A stretch of 15,409 nucleotides of DNA. Origin: an uncultured bacterium (GTDB lineage: Bacteria; Lernaellota; Lernaellaia; Lernaellales; Lernaellaceae). Position numbers and translations under genes: made by a program. Numbering within the stretch: position 1 is the stretch's first letter; every line of letters begins with the position of its first letter. Shown here piece after piece: positions 1-8,253 of this stretch. The notes beneath the pieces were generated by a model. The model was not told the origin of the DNA, made no database searches, and saw only the letters and a program-made list of their open reading frames with translations. The stretch lies in NCBI GenBank assembly GCA_964534375.1, contig CAZHPN010000150.1, positions 1-15,409 of the forward strand, read 5' to 3'.

Positions 1-1213
1 TGTCCGCCGTCGGGCCGAGCATGTTGGTGAACATCGCCTTGAAGGCGGCATCGCGGCTGCGGTCGCGCGCCGCCTTGATCGTCAGCCGCTCGTAGGCTTT
101 GGCGGCGAGCAGCATCGCCAGCATTGACTCGTCGAGTTCCCACGTCGTGCGCGGCACGGCGCCGCCTTTGCCGATCGTGCACATCGTCTCGACCACATAT
201 TCGGCGGGGATGCCCGGAATCGCGCCTTGATTGCGGACGTTGACGGCGTGCGCGAGGCCGAGATCGTTGCGGAGCGCGTCGATGACATCGATGGCGATTT
301 TCGAATAATAGGCCCCGCCGCGCTGGTTGAGTTCCTCGGGTTTGGTCGTCTGTTTCGGGTCCATGTACCTGCGCAGCAGCTTGGCCTCGACGTCCATCAC
401 TTCCTGCGCGCGCGTGCGCGGCTTGCTCTTGAGCTGCGCGAGCACTTTCTCGGTGTTGTAGTAATAGCGGTCGTAGTACAGCGGCACGGCGCCGAGCGCG
501 CGAATCAGCTCCGGCGCGAAATCGATATCGGGGATATTCTTCGGCCCTTCCGCGCTCGCCAGGAATTGCAGCAGCCTCGGCGTAACGTCGACGCCGCGCA
601 CGGCGACCTTGCGCACCCAACCGAGGTGATTGACGCCGACGACGTCCATGTCGATATCGCCCTCCGGCGCGTCGAGCGCCTTGGCAATCACCATTTTCAT
701 GTCGATCGGCACGTTGCACAGGCCGACCGCTTTGTCCCAACGCGCAAAATTGAGGATCGCCTCGGTGATCAGCCCCGACGGATTCGTGAAGTTGACGAGC
801 CACGCGTCGGGGCAGAGCCGCTCCATGTCGCGGCAGATATCGAAGATCACTGGCAGCGTGCGCAACGCCTTGGCCATGCCGCCGATGCCCGTCGTTTCCT
901 GGCCGATCAGGTCGTGGCGCAGGCCGAGCAGTTCGTCCTGATGCCGCGCCTGCTGCCCGCCGACGCGAAATTGCGTGGTGACGAACGTCGCCCCGTCCAG
1001 CGCCGCGGCCCGGTCTTCGGTGAGCGTCACGCGGAACCCGCCGCCGGCGTGTTCGACCATCCGCTGCGCAAAATGCCCGACGATCGACAGCCGTTCCGGG
1101 TCGATGTCCATCAGCGCCAATTCGTCGAGGCCGAGGCGCGCGGCGCGCGCCAGCAGGCCTTCGACCAGTTCCGGCGTGTAGGTGCTGCCGCCGCCAATGA
1201 CTGCGATCTTCAT
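1..1213 (-). CDS. Glycoside hydrolase family 4 (NAD+/Mn2+-dependent, 6-phospho-beta-glucosidase-like); 3' end lies beyond the left edge
   Basis: Translated by hand (absent from the ORF track because it has no stop in the window). ATG at 1213-1211 with AAGGGAG RBS; MKIAVIGGGSTYTPELVEGLL..., QFRVGG, GQETTGIGGMAKALRT, WLVNFTNPSG, GLCNVP, GVNHLGW, RGGAYYS, NVRNQGAI, all characteristic GH4 motifs. Confidence 0.93.
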   Translation of the reverse strand, partial: MKIAVIGGGSTYTPELVEGLLARAARLGLDELALMDIDPERLSIVGHFAQRMVEHAGGGFRVTLTEDRAAALDGATFVTTQFRVGGQQARHQDELLGLRHDLIGQETTGIGGMAKALRTLPVIFDICRDMERLCPDAWLVNFTNPSGLITEAILNFARWDKAVGLCNVPIDMKMVIAKALDAPEGDIDMDVVGVNHLGWVRKVAVRGVDVTPRLLQFLASAEGPKNIPDIDFAPELIRALGAVPLYYDRYYYNTEKVLAQLKSKPRTRAQEVMDVEAKLLRRYMDPKQTTKPEELNQRGGAYYSKIAIDVIDALRNDLGLAHAVNVRNQGAIPGIPAEYVVETMCTIGKGGAVPRTTWELDESMLAMLLAAKAYERLTIKAARDRSRDAAFKAMFTNMLGPTAD

Positions 1214-1244
1214 TAACTGCTCCCTTCGATACCGCCGCTATATA

Positions 1245-1343
1245 CAATGAACAGTGGACAGTGAACAGTGAGCAGTGCCCGGCGACGCGGGATTCGCGCC
1301 GAGGAACCGCCACTGCTCACTGTTCACTGTTCACCGTTCACTG
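1245..1343. repeat. Inverted repeat with 33-bp arms built from heptamers (CAGTGAA-like), 33-bp spacer
   Basis: Left arm 1245-1277 caatgaa cagtgga cagtgaa cagtgag cagtg; reverse complement of 1311-1343 is cagtgaa cggtgaa cagtgaa cagtgag cagtg (30/33 identical). Confidence 0.9.
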
Positions 1344-2443
1344 CGGGCAGCCCAGTCGGCCGCCATGAGTGCGATCGCCGGAGAGGCGGTGAGGCCGGGC
1401 GATTCGATGCCGATCAGGTGCAGGATGCGCGGTTCGTCGGGCTGCGGCTCGATGAAAAAATCCAGTTGCGGCGCGCCGGGCCCGCTGCGTTTAGGCCGAA
1501 TGCCGGATGGCCCGAGACGCAAATCTTCCGCCGCGAGCGCCGGGCAAAGGCGCTGCGCGGCCGGCAAAAAATCGACGGCCGGCCGGCGGTTCGTTTCGTA
1601 GTCGCTCTTGTCGGCGATCCAGCGCGCGTCGGGCCCGAGCCATAGTTCGCCGTCGACGGTGCGCGTGAAATGCACGCCGATGGAAACGTCCTCGGGCACG
1701 GGATAGACGAGTTCGTTGATGAGGCTCGTGCGGCGCGGAATGACCGCCGCGTATTCGCCGCGGTTCGGGTGAATCGTGTGCCGCGCGTCGCCGCACAGAC
1801 GGGCGACCTCGTCGGCGCGCAGGCCGGCGGCGTTGATCAGGCGCCGGCCGCGGATCGCGCCCTTCCGCGTCGTGCGCGTCGTGATGACCGCAGCGTTAAT
1901 GTCGACCGCCGCGACTTCGGCGTCGGCGACCAGCAGCGCGCCGAGTCGCTGCGCGCGGCCGGCCAACGCGTGCAAATATTCGGCGACGTCGAACACGCCG
2001 GTGCGCGGCGAATGCAGCGCCGCGACGGCGCGCACGTTCGGCTCGCGCCGCCGCGCCGCGGCCCCGTCGATCAGCGGCAATTCCTCGACGCCGTTTTCCA
2101 GCCCCTGTTTTTGCAGTCGCCGCAGTTCCGGCAGCTCGGCGTCTTCGACGGCGACAATCAGTTTGCCGCCGATCCGATGCGGCACGCGCCACTCGGCCAG
2201 CCGCGCCGCGAGCAGGCGCCGGCCGGCGACGCACAGCCGCGCGCGCCGCGAGCCGGTCGGGTAATAAATGCCCGCGTGCAGGACGCCGCTGTTGTGGGTG
2301 GACGTTTCGTCGCCGAAGCGCGAGCGGCGTTCCAGCACGGCGACGCGGCGGCCGCGCGCCGCGAGTTCGTGGGCGCAGGACAGCCCGACCACGCCGCCGC
2401 CGACGATCACGACCTCCACATCCGGCACGCTTCGATTCGCCAT
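1331..2443 (-). CDS. FAD-dependent oxidoreductase, L-2-hydroxyglutarate oxidase (LhgO)/DAO-like family
   Basis: VVIVGGGVVG dinucleotide-binding motif, ETSTHNSGVLHAGIYYPTGS, GKLIVA, INAAGLRAD, RGEY, LVYPVP, GVHFT, GIRPK, GIESPGLTAS. Start uncertain (ATG 2443 chosen; GTG 2428 or ATG 2488 possible). Confidence 0.88.
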   Translation of the reverse strand: MANRSVPDVEVVIVGGGVVGLSCAHELAARGRRVAVLERRSRFGDETSTHNSGVLHAGIYYPTGSRRARLCVAGRRLLAARLAEWRVPHRIGGKLIVAVEDAELPELRRLQKQGLENGVEELPLIDGAAARRREPNVRAVAALHSPRTGVFDVAEYLHALAGRAQRLGALLVADAEVAAVDINAAVITTRTTRKGAIRGRRLINAAGLRADEVARLCGDARHTIHPNRGEYAAVIPRRTSLINELVYPVPEDVSIGVHFTRTVDGELWLGPDARWIADKSDYETNRRPAVDFLPAAQRLCPALAAEDLRLGPSGIRPKRSGPGAPQLDFFIEPQPDEPRILHLIGIESPGLTASPAIALMAADWAARSER

Positions 2444-2502
2444 AGACCCAACCAAAAATTTCGCCCAATATACGCCATCTGTTTGCAAAAAGGAGACGCA
2501 CC

Positions 2503-3486
2503 ATGCCGGTCCTCGAAGTCGCCAAACTCACGTACAACAAACTCAAGAAAATCGATCGCAACCGCGCCGTCGTGATGGCCACGCTCAGCCCGATCGAGGT
2601 GCACGGCCCGCACCTCCCGCTCGGCGAAGACCTGATGACCGCCTACGCGCTCGGCGAGGCCACGGCGAAGGTCTGCGCGAAGAATCGCCCCGACTGGAAT
2701 TTTCTGATCCTGCCGCCCGTGCCGGTCGCCTCCGACGGCGTGCCGAAGCTCGGCTCGATCATGTTCCCGCCGACCGTGGTCGCCGACGTGGCCTATTACC
2801 TGTTGCGTCCGTTCGCGCAAATGGGTTTCCGGCGGCTGGTGTTCGGCTCGTTCCACGGCGGCCCGCGCCATTTCCTCGCGCTCGAAGCGGCGGCCGAACG
2901 GCTGACCGACGCCGCGCGCGACGTGGCCGCGTTGAGCCTCTTTTCCGCCGCGATCGGCCGCATGGCCGAGGGCAAGCAGTTTTACGACGCCGTGAAAGAC
3001 GACCCGAACTGCACAATCACGCTCGAAGAACTGCGCGCCGATCACCACGCGGGCTTTGTGGAAACTTCGCTGGCGCTGCACGGCTGGCCGGAATTGGTGG
3101 AGCCGTCGTGGAAGAAGCTGCCGGCGTCGGTGTCGCACGCAGTCGAGGCCGACACGCCAATGAACGACACGTATCTATATGGTTATGAAGGACGCGCCTC
3201 GATCGTCGACAAAATCAAGCGCGGCGCCAACGTCGTCGAGAACATCGCCCGCGCCGTGCGGCATTTTAAGACGCAGACGTATCACGGCTATCCCGGCAAA
3301 GCCTCGGCGCGTCAGGGCAAGAAACTCTTCGACTCCGTGACCAAGATGAGCGTCGAACTGGTCGAAGAGTTCATCGAACGCGGCGCGGCGATGGACGTCC
3401 ATTCGCCGCTGTGGAAAGCCCACGCGGTGTTCGGCAACCGTCCGCTGAACTGGGCGGTCGATCAGTTGATTGGCTTCGGGGAATAG
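2503..3486 (+). CDS. Creatininase/creatinine amidohydrolase family protein
   Basis: AAAAGGAG RBS; IEVHGPHLPLGED, SFHGG and DHHAGFVETS motifs supply the E/H/D/H/E binuclear metal ligand set of the family. Substrate not inferable. Confidence 0.87.
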   Translation: MPVLEVAKLTYNKLKKIDRNRAVVMATLSPIEVHGPHLPLGEDLMTAYALGEATAKVCAKNRPDWNFLILPPVPVASDGVPKLGSIMFPPTVVADVAYYLLRPFAQMGFRRLVFGSFHGGPRHFLALEAAAERLTDAARDVAALSLFSAAIGRMAEGKQFYDAVKDDPNCTITLEELRADHHAGFVETSLALHGWPELVEPSWKKLPASVSHAVEADTPMNDTYLYGYEGRASIVDKIKRGANVVENIARAVRHFKTQTYHGYPGKASARQGKKLFDSVTKMSVELVEEFIERGAAMDVHSPLWKAHAVFGNRPLNWAVDQLIGFGE

Positions 3487-3515
3487 CGGCGTTTCGCGAA
3501 CCGCCCGTTGAAATA

Positions 3516-3685
3516 TTTTGGCAGGATCAACACGATCAATGCGCCAGAGTTTCGTGTTCTTGACAGAGCAATTGGATCAACGGGATCGGCGCCGCAGATT
3601 TGGCGTTGCGCAACAACACAGCGAACGTTGATTGTTCACTGTTCATTGCTCACTGATCGCGTTGATCCTGTTGATCCTGTCAAAA
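3516..3685. repeat. Intergenic inverted-repeat element with 28-bp arms (CAGGATCAA 9-mer units) enclosing a heptamer tract; may also act as a terminator between convergent genes
   Basis: 3516-3543 ttttggcaggatcaacacgatcaatgcg versus reverse complement of 3658-3685 ttttgacaggatcaacaggatcaacgcg (25/28). Heptamers attgttc actgttc attgctc actgatc at 3631-3658. Confidence 0.82.
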
Positions 3686-3727
3686 AAACTCTAATTCCCT
3701 TCCTTGCTGCGTCCTCGCGCCCGGCGG

Positions 3728-5200
3728 CTACTGCTCGATCGGGTACAACCGGAACACCACCCAGCCGATGAAGAACACGACGGCGCCGACCAGCGGCGCG
3801 GCGATGATGCCGTAGGGCTTGTCGGTCGTCGCGCCGAAGTACAGGTACAGCAGCGGCACGATGAAGTACGCCGCGCCCGAGCCGAGCTTCGTGAAGAAGC
3901 CTTCCATCCCGTTGTACATCGCCTCGCGGCGGTAGCCGGTCAGTTTCTCGTCGTGGTCGATCACGTCGGAGAGGATCGGCCGCTGCACGACGAAAATCAC
4001 GGCGACGGCGAACGCGCAGAGCGCCAGCACGACGATGCTGTGCGCGAAGCTGATCCAACTGGGCGCCAGGGTCTTGCCGAAGAGCGCCGCCACGCCGGCG
4101 ACCGGGTAACCGAGGAACGGGAAGTGCTTCACCATCGTCAGCAAGAGGAAACAGCCGCAGAACCAGATCAGGCTGAGCTTGAAGATCTTCTTCTTGCCCC
4201 GCTTCGCCGCGAAGCGCGACACCAGCGGGAAGAGGAACATCGAGCCGAGCAGGATGACCCCTTGCAGATAGCCCGCGTAGCCCGGCGCGAGATTCATCAA
4301 CTTGACGACGATGAACGGCAGCGCCGCCAGCACAATGTCCAGGCCCATGCGAATGGCGGTGGACGCCGCGACGTACGCAGGAAAGGCGGGGTTGCGCAGC
4401 GTCTCGCGCACCGACTGCCAGAAGTGGAACTCCGGCGGCTTGATGTCCTGCGCCGGCCGTTCCCGCACGCGCGAAATGCTGACGTAAAAGCTGACGAGGA
4501 AGATCGCGCCGATGAGCAGGCCGGAAACCTCGAAGGCGTTCTCCAGGTGGAACGGGCCGATATTCGCGCCGTGCTCGAAGAGGTCGATCATGAAGCCCAG
4601 GCCCGCCGTGCCCGCGGCGTTGCCCAGCACGTCGGAGTAGGCCATGAATTCGGACAATTTGATCCGCTCGTTCTTGTACGGCGTGATTTCCGGCAGCAGC
4701 GATAAATACGGCGCGACGACCGCCGAATAGAGCAGCCAGAAGCCGGTGTGCATCAGCACCAGCCAGACGAAATTGGGCGACAGGCTCACCCCGAAAATCG
4801 TGGCCCAGACGTGGCCGAGGCCGGCTTTGTCCGGCGGAAACCAGATCAGCACGGAAAACAGCATCAGCAGGGGCGTGCCGAAGATGATCCACGGCATGCG
4901 CCGGCCGAAGCGCGTCGTGTAGGTGTCGGAAACGTGCCCGATCAGCGGCTCGGCGATCGCCTCGATCACTTTCGGCGCCAGGCCCGCGACGGCCATCGCC
5001 GCGGCCGAGACCAGCAGGATGTTTTTCCCGCCCTCTTCGTCGCCGCCGTTGTAGAAATAAATCAGGTACGATCCGATGACGGCGGGCGACAGGGACACGG
5101 CCATCTGCCCCCACGCGTAGCTGAATTTCTGCCCGAAACTCAGGCACGTCTTGTCGTCGTCGTTGGGCGCCGGGCCCGTGTTTTCCGGTGTGTCAGCCAT
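3728..5200 (-). CDS. MFS transporter, GPH/MelB-like (glycoside-pentoside-hexuronide) family
   Basis: 490 aa, about 12 hydrophobic segments; EPLIGHVSDTYTTRFGRRMPW, APYLSLLPEITP..ER and SDVIDHDEKLTGYRREAMYNG motifs typical of GPH symporters; AGGAG RBS. Confidence 0.9.
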   Translation of the reverse strand: MADTPENTGPAPNDDDKTCLSFGQKFSYAWGQMAVSLSPAVIGSYLIYFYNGGDEEGGKNILLVSAAAMAVAGLAPKVIEAIAEPLIGHVSDTYTTRFGRRMPWIIFGTPLLMLFSVLIWFPPDKAGLGHVWATIFGVSLSPNFVWLVLMHTGFWLLYSAVVAPYLSLLPEITPYKNERIKLSEFMAYSDVLGNAAGTAGLGFMIDLFEHGANIGPFHLENAFEVSGLLIGAIFLVSFYVSISRVRERPAQDIKPPEFHFWQSVRETLRNPAFPAYVAASTAIRMGLDIVLAALPFIVVKLMNLAPGYAGYLQGVILLGSMFLFPLVSRFAAKRGKKKIFKLSLIWFCGCFLLLTMVKHFPFLGYPVAGVAALFGKTLAPSWISFAHSIVVLALCAFAVAVIFVVQRPILSDVIDHDEKLTGYRREAMYNGMEGFFTKLGSGAAYFIVPLLYLYFGATTDKPYGIIAAPLVGAVVFFIGWVVFRLYPIEQ

Positions 5201-5227
5201 CCCCGCTTCTCCTTTTTTCTCGACCCG

Positions 5228-7810
5228 TCATTCGTATTTCAAGGCCTCGCGCAACGGCAGCCCCGCCGCTTTGCGCGCCGGGAACAACCCCGCGACGATC
5301 GCCAGCGCGATCGAACCGGCAAAGACGACGGCGATCAAAACCCACGAAAAGTGCAGGCCCATGCCCCAGCCGGTCAGCATTTTCGACAGCCGCGTCATGT
5401 GAATCCAGCCCAGGCCGTAGCCGATGAACAGCCCGACGGAGGCGCCGCTCAAGCCCAGCAAGCCCGATTGCATGAAGTAAATGACCGCCACTTGCAGCCG
5501 CGTCGCGCCGAGCGACCGCAGCACGCCGATTTCGCGCGTGTGGTCGATGACGTTCGCCATCAGGTTGTTGACGATGCCGATCATCGCGATGATCAGCGTC
5601 AGAATCTCCAGCGACACCGCCAGCGCGAAGAACTGGTCGATGGCGCCGAGAATCGACTGCTTGAATTCGCGGTTGGTCAGCACGTAGAGATTGAATTCCT
5701 CGCCGAGCAGCCGCTCGATGCCGTGGCGCACATCCTCGATGTTGGCGCCGGGCTGCGTGTAAATCTGAAACGTGTCGACCAAGGTGTCTTTGAAGGTCTT
5801 GATGAACAGCCCGCGGTTGATCAGCAGCGTGCCGGTCTCGAACGTGTAATCGACGATGACGCCGAGAATCGGCAATTTCACGCGCCCCTCGGGCGTCGCC
5901 AGTTCGATCGTCTTCGCGCCCCGCAATGACGGATGCCGCGCCACGAGGTTCTCCGAAACGAACACGCCTTCGTCGCGCGTGAAGGCGTCCACCGCCGCCG
6001 CGTCGTATTTGTCCGGGAAGTGGAAACGCGAGCGATTGACGCGGTGCGTGTAATTGACGCCGACCATCAATATCCGCGAATGGTCGTAATCGTTGAACAT
6101 CGAACGCAATTGCACGACCTCGGCGACGTTCGGCACGCTTCGCAACTGCGCGGTCAGGTCGTCGGTCATCGGCACGCTCGACCGCGTCGCGAAACTCGAC
6201 GACGAGGTGACCAGCAAGTCGGCCGTGAGCACTTCGTCCATCCACGTCTTGATCTCGGTCTGCATCGAATTCATGAACAGATAAATTTCGAACATCACCG
6301 CCAGCGCGACCATGAACGCGGCCACCGTCATCGCCGACCGGCCGAGATCGCGCAGGATGTTTTCCGACGCCATGCGCGCCAGCGGGTTGGTCATGCGCGC
6401 GGTCGCCCGGGTCAGAAAGCGAAAGAACAGGCCCATGAACAGCGGCGTGACGGCGATGCCGAACACGATCAGCGACAACATCGCCAGTTGCAGCGCGATG
6501 ACGTGGTTGAGCGCGCCCCACTTCAGCGCCAGCAGCACGTAGCCGCCGCAGAGCGCGCCCAGCGCGAGCCAGCGCCCGCCGGCGGCGCCTTTGCCGAGCG
6601 ACAGCGACGGCTTGAAGTGCAGCACCTCCAGCGGGGTGATGCGCGTCGCGCGGATCGCGGGCCAGAGGCCGCCGGCGACGCTGACGCCCAGGCCGATCGC
6701 CGCGCCGCGCAAGACCATTTTCCAGTCGAACGCGGCGTAGTTGACGTTGACCGGCACGAAGATGTTGCTGACGTTGGCCATGTAATTGAGGATCGTGACG
6801 CGGCCGATCCAGTAGCCGCCGACGACGCCGATGACCGTGCCGAGCAGGCCGAGCAGGCCGGCTTCCGCGACGAACAGCCGCGCCACGCCGTTGCGCGTGA
6901 CGCCGACCATGCGCAGGATGCCGATTTCGCGCAGCCGCTGATAGACCAGCGTCGTCACCGTGTTGTAGACGATGAAGCCGCCCATCAGCAGCACGACCAT
7001 CGACATGATCACCAGGCCCTGGCGGATGTTCTGCAGCATCGAGTCGACGCCCTCGTTGCGCTGCGCCGGCCGCTGCACGTCGAATTTGCCGCCGAGCAAC
7101 GCCTCGACGCCCGCCTTCACCCGGTCCACATCGGCGTCGGGCTCGACGACCAGGTCGATCGTGTCGAAGCGGCCCGGTTTTTCAAAGACGATCTGCGCCG
7201 AATAAATGTCCATCAAGGCGAACGCGCCGCCGTAGGTCGTCGCCGCGCCCGTGGCGTCGAGGTAGCCGCGCACGACGAAGGATTTGCGTCCCTTCGCCGT
7301 CAGCAGCTCGATGCGCGAATCGAGGGCGACGTTGTGCTTTTTCGCGAACTCGACGTTGAGCATGAGCGAGTCTTTGGAATTGAGGAATTCCAATGGGTCG
7401 GTGATCTCGACGCCGCCCGGGCCGGTCATCTTGTAGTCGCGCGCTTCCTTGTCGTTGAGCAGGTCGACGGCGAGGATCATCATCCGCTCGCCTTGAAATT
7501 TCGTGACGATCTGCATCGTCGGCAAGGCCGCGCGCAAGCCAGGCACGGGCAATCGGCCGTTCGCGTCCTTCTTTTGCAGGATGTCGTAGATCGAATCGTC
7601 GACGCCGGTCTCGCCGCCGGTGATTTGCAGCTTCGCCTTGCCGGAAATCGAGTCGATCATCGAGGCGAACGAGTCGGTCATCGTGTGCAGGATCATCTGC
7701 ACCGACACGAACGACGCGACGCCCAGCGCGATGCCGATCACGGTCAGCAGCGTGCGAATCGGGTGCTCGATCAGCCGTCGCGCCGACACTGTTCGCAGCA
7801 GAGACCACAT
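5228..7810 (-). CDS. ABC transporter permease with two MacB-periplasmic/FtsX modules
   Basis: 860 aa; N-terminal RTLLTVIGIALGVA; two FtsX-type motifs (QRLREIGILRMVG and DHTREIGVLRSLGAT); WPAIRATRITPLEVL and C-terminal FPARKAAGLPLREALKYE. Confidence 0.92.
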   Translation of the reverse strand: MWSLLRTVSARRLIEHPIRTLLTVIGIALGVASFVSVQMILHTMTDSFASMIDSISGKAKLQITGGETGVDDSIYDILQKKDANGRLPVPGLRAALPTMQIVTKFQGERMMILAVDLLNDKEARDYKMTGPGGVEITDPLEFLNSKDSLMLNVEFAKKHNVALDSRIELLTAKGRKSFVVRGYLDATGAATTYGGAFALMDIYSAQIVFEKPGRFDTIDLVVEPDADVDRVKAGVEALLGGKFDVQRPAQRNEGVDSMLQNIRQGLVIMSMVVLLMGGFIVYNTVTTLVYQRLREIGILRMVGVTRNGVARLFVAEAGLLGLLGTVIGVVGGYWIGRVTILNYMANVSNIFVPVNVNYAAFDWKMVLRGAAIGLGVSVAGGLWPAIRATRITPLEVLHFKPSLSLGKGAAGGRWLALGALCGGYVLLALKWGALNHVIALQLAMLSLIVFGIAVTPLFMGLFFRFLTRATARMTNPLARMASENILRDLGRSAMTVAAFMVALAVMFEIYLFMNSMQTEIKTWMDEVLTADLLVTSSSSFATRSSVPMTDDLTAQLRSVPNVAEVVQLRSMFNDYDHSRILMVGVNYTHRVNRSRFHFPDKYDAAAVDAFTRDEGVFVSENLVARHPSLRGAKTIELATPEGRVKLPILGVIVDYTFETGTLLINRGLFIKTFKDTLVDTFQIYTQPGANIEDVRHGIERLLGEEFNLYVLTNREFKQSILGAIDQFFALAVSLEILTLIIAMIGIVNNLMANVIDHTREIGVLRSLGATRLQVAVIYFMQSGLLGLSGASVGLFIGYGLGWIHMTRLSKMLTGWGMGLHFSWVLIAVVFAGSIALAIVAGLFPARKAAGLPLREALKYE

Positions 7811-7843
7811 AACGTCGTCAGACCCTTCGCGCGGCGCGCGCCG

Positions 7844-7872
7844 ACTTTACTGCGCCAGGCATTTCTTGTCTG
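7844..7872 (-). promoter_or_regulatory. Possible sigma-70-type promoter for the ABC permease/MFS pair
   Basis: Minus strand CAGACA-17 nt-TAAAGT about 35 nt upstream of the ATG at 7810; weak match only. Confidence 0.25.
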
Positions 7873-8052
7873 CGGCATGGCGAGAAAAACGCCGTTTCGG
7901 TTTGCAACAAGGTTTTTTAGCACGCGCGATTGAAGGTTGCCAAGGGCGAGAGCCGCGCCCCCGCTGCAAACGTTCGTGGTTCGCAACGCCTCTCCATTTC
8001 CAAAAAATGGGGGCGCGACGCGAGGTCTCCGTCAGGTCCGTGCCCGCCCCGA

Positions 8053-8091
8053 CTGTGAAAACTTTTCTTATTCTATGTAAAGTTTTCACAG
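8053..8091. promoter_or_regulatory. Perfect 13-bp inverted repeat, candidate enhancer (UAS) for a sigma-54 activator
   Basis: CTGTGAAAACTTT-13 nt-AAAGTTTTCACAG, AT-rich in a GC-rich context, about 80-120 bp upstream of the -24 element. Confidence 0.72.
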
Positions 8092-8171
8092 CGAGAACCC
8101 GCGAGCATCGCGCGCCGCGGTGTAACTAGCCGATTAACCGGCCGTTTTTTTTGAGACACGGCATCAACACA

Positions 8172-8187
8172 TGGCACGAACATTGCA
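8172..8187 (+). promoter_or_regulatory. Sigma-54 (RpoN) -24/-12 promoter
   Basis: TGGCACGAACATTGCA matches TGGCACG-N4-TTGCW exactly (GG-N10-GC), 66 nt before the ATG at 8254, which has a GAGGAGG RBS. Confidence 0.88.
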
Positions 8188-8253
8188 CTATCTAAAAGTA
8201 ATCAGGAATTTTTCTTTTGACGACGCTCGATTGGGAGAAACCGAGGAGGTCCG

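Noticed and set aside
227..1216. 329-aa plus-strand ORF
   Set aside because: Antisense shadow of the GH4 gene; no recognisable motifs, while the minus strand carries all the GH4 signatures.
2463..2478. Second sigma-54 site on the minus strand (TGGCGTATATTGGGC)
   Set aside because: GG-N10-GC spacing is present, but the -12 element lacks TTGC and there is little room for an enhancer.
2503..3486. Mycofactocin/RiPP cluster (MftE-like peptidase)
   Set aside because: No precursor peptide, radical SAM enzyme or RRE protein nearby.
5933..7933. 666-aa plus-strand ORF and other long overlapping ORFs across 1670-7933
   Set aside because: Antisense or alternative-frame ORFs expected in high-GC coding DNA; Arg/His/Ala-rich with no family motifs.
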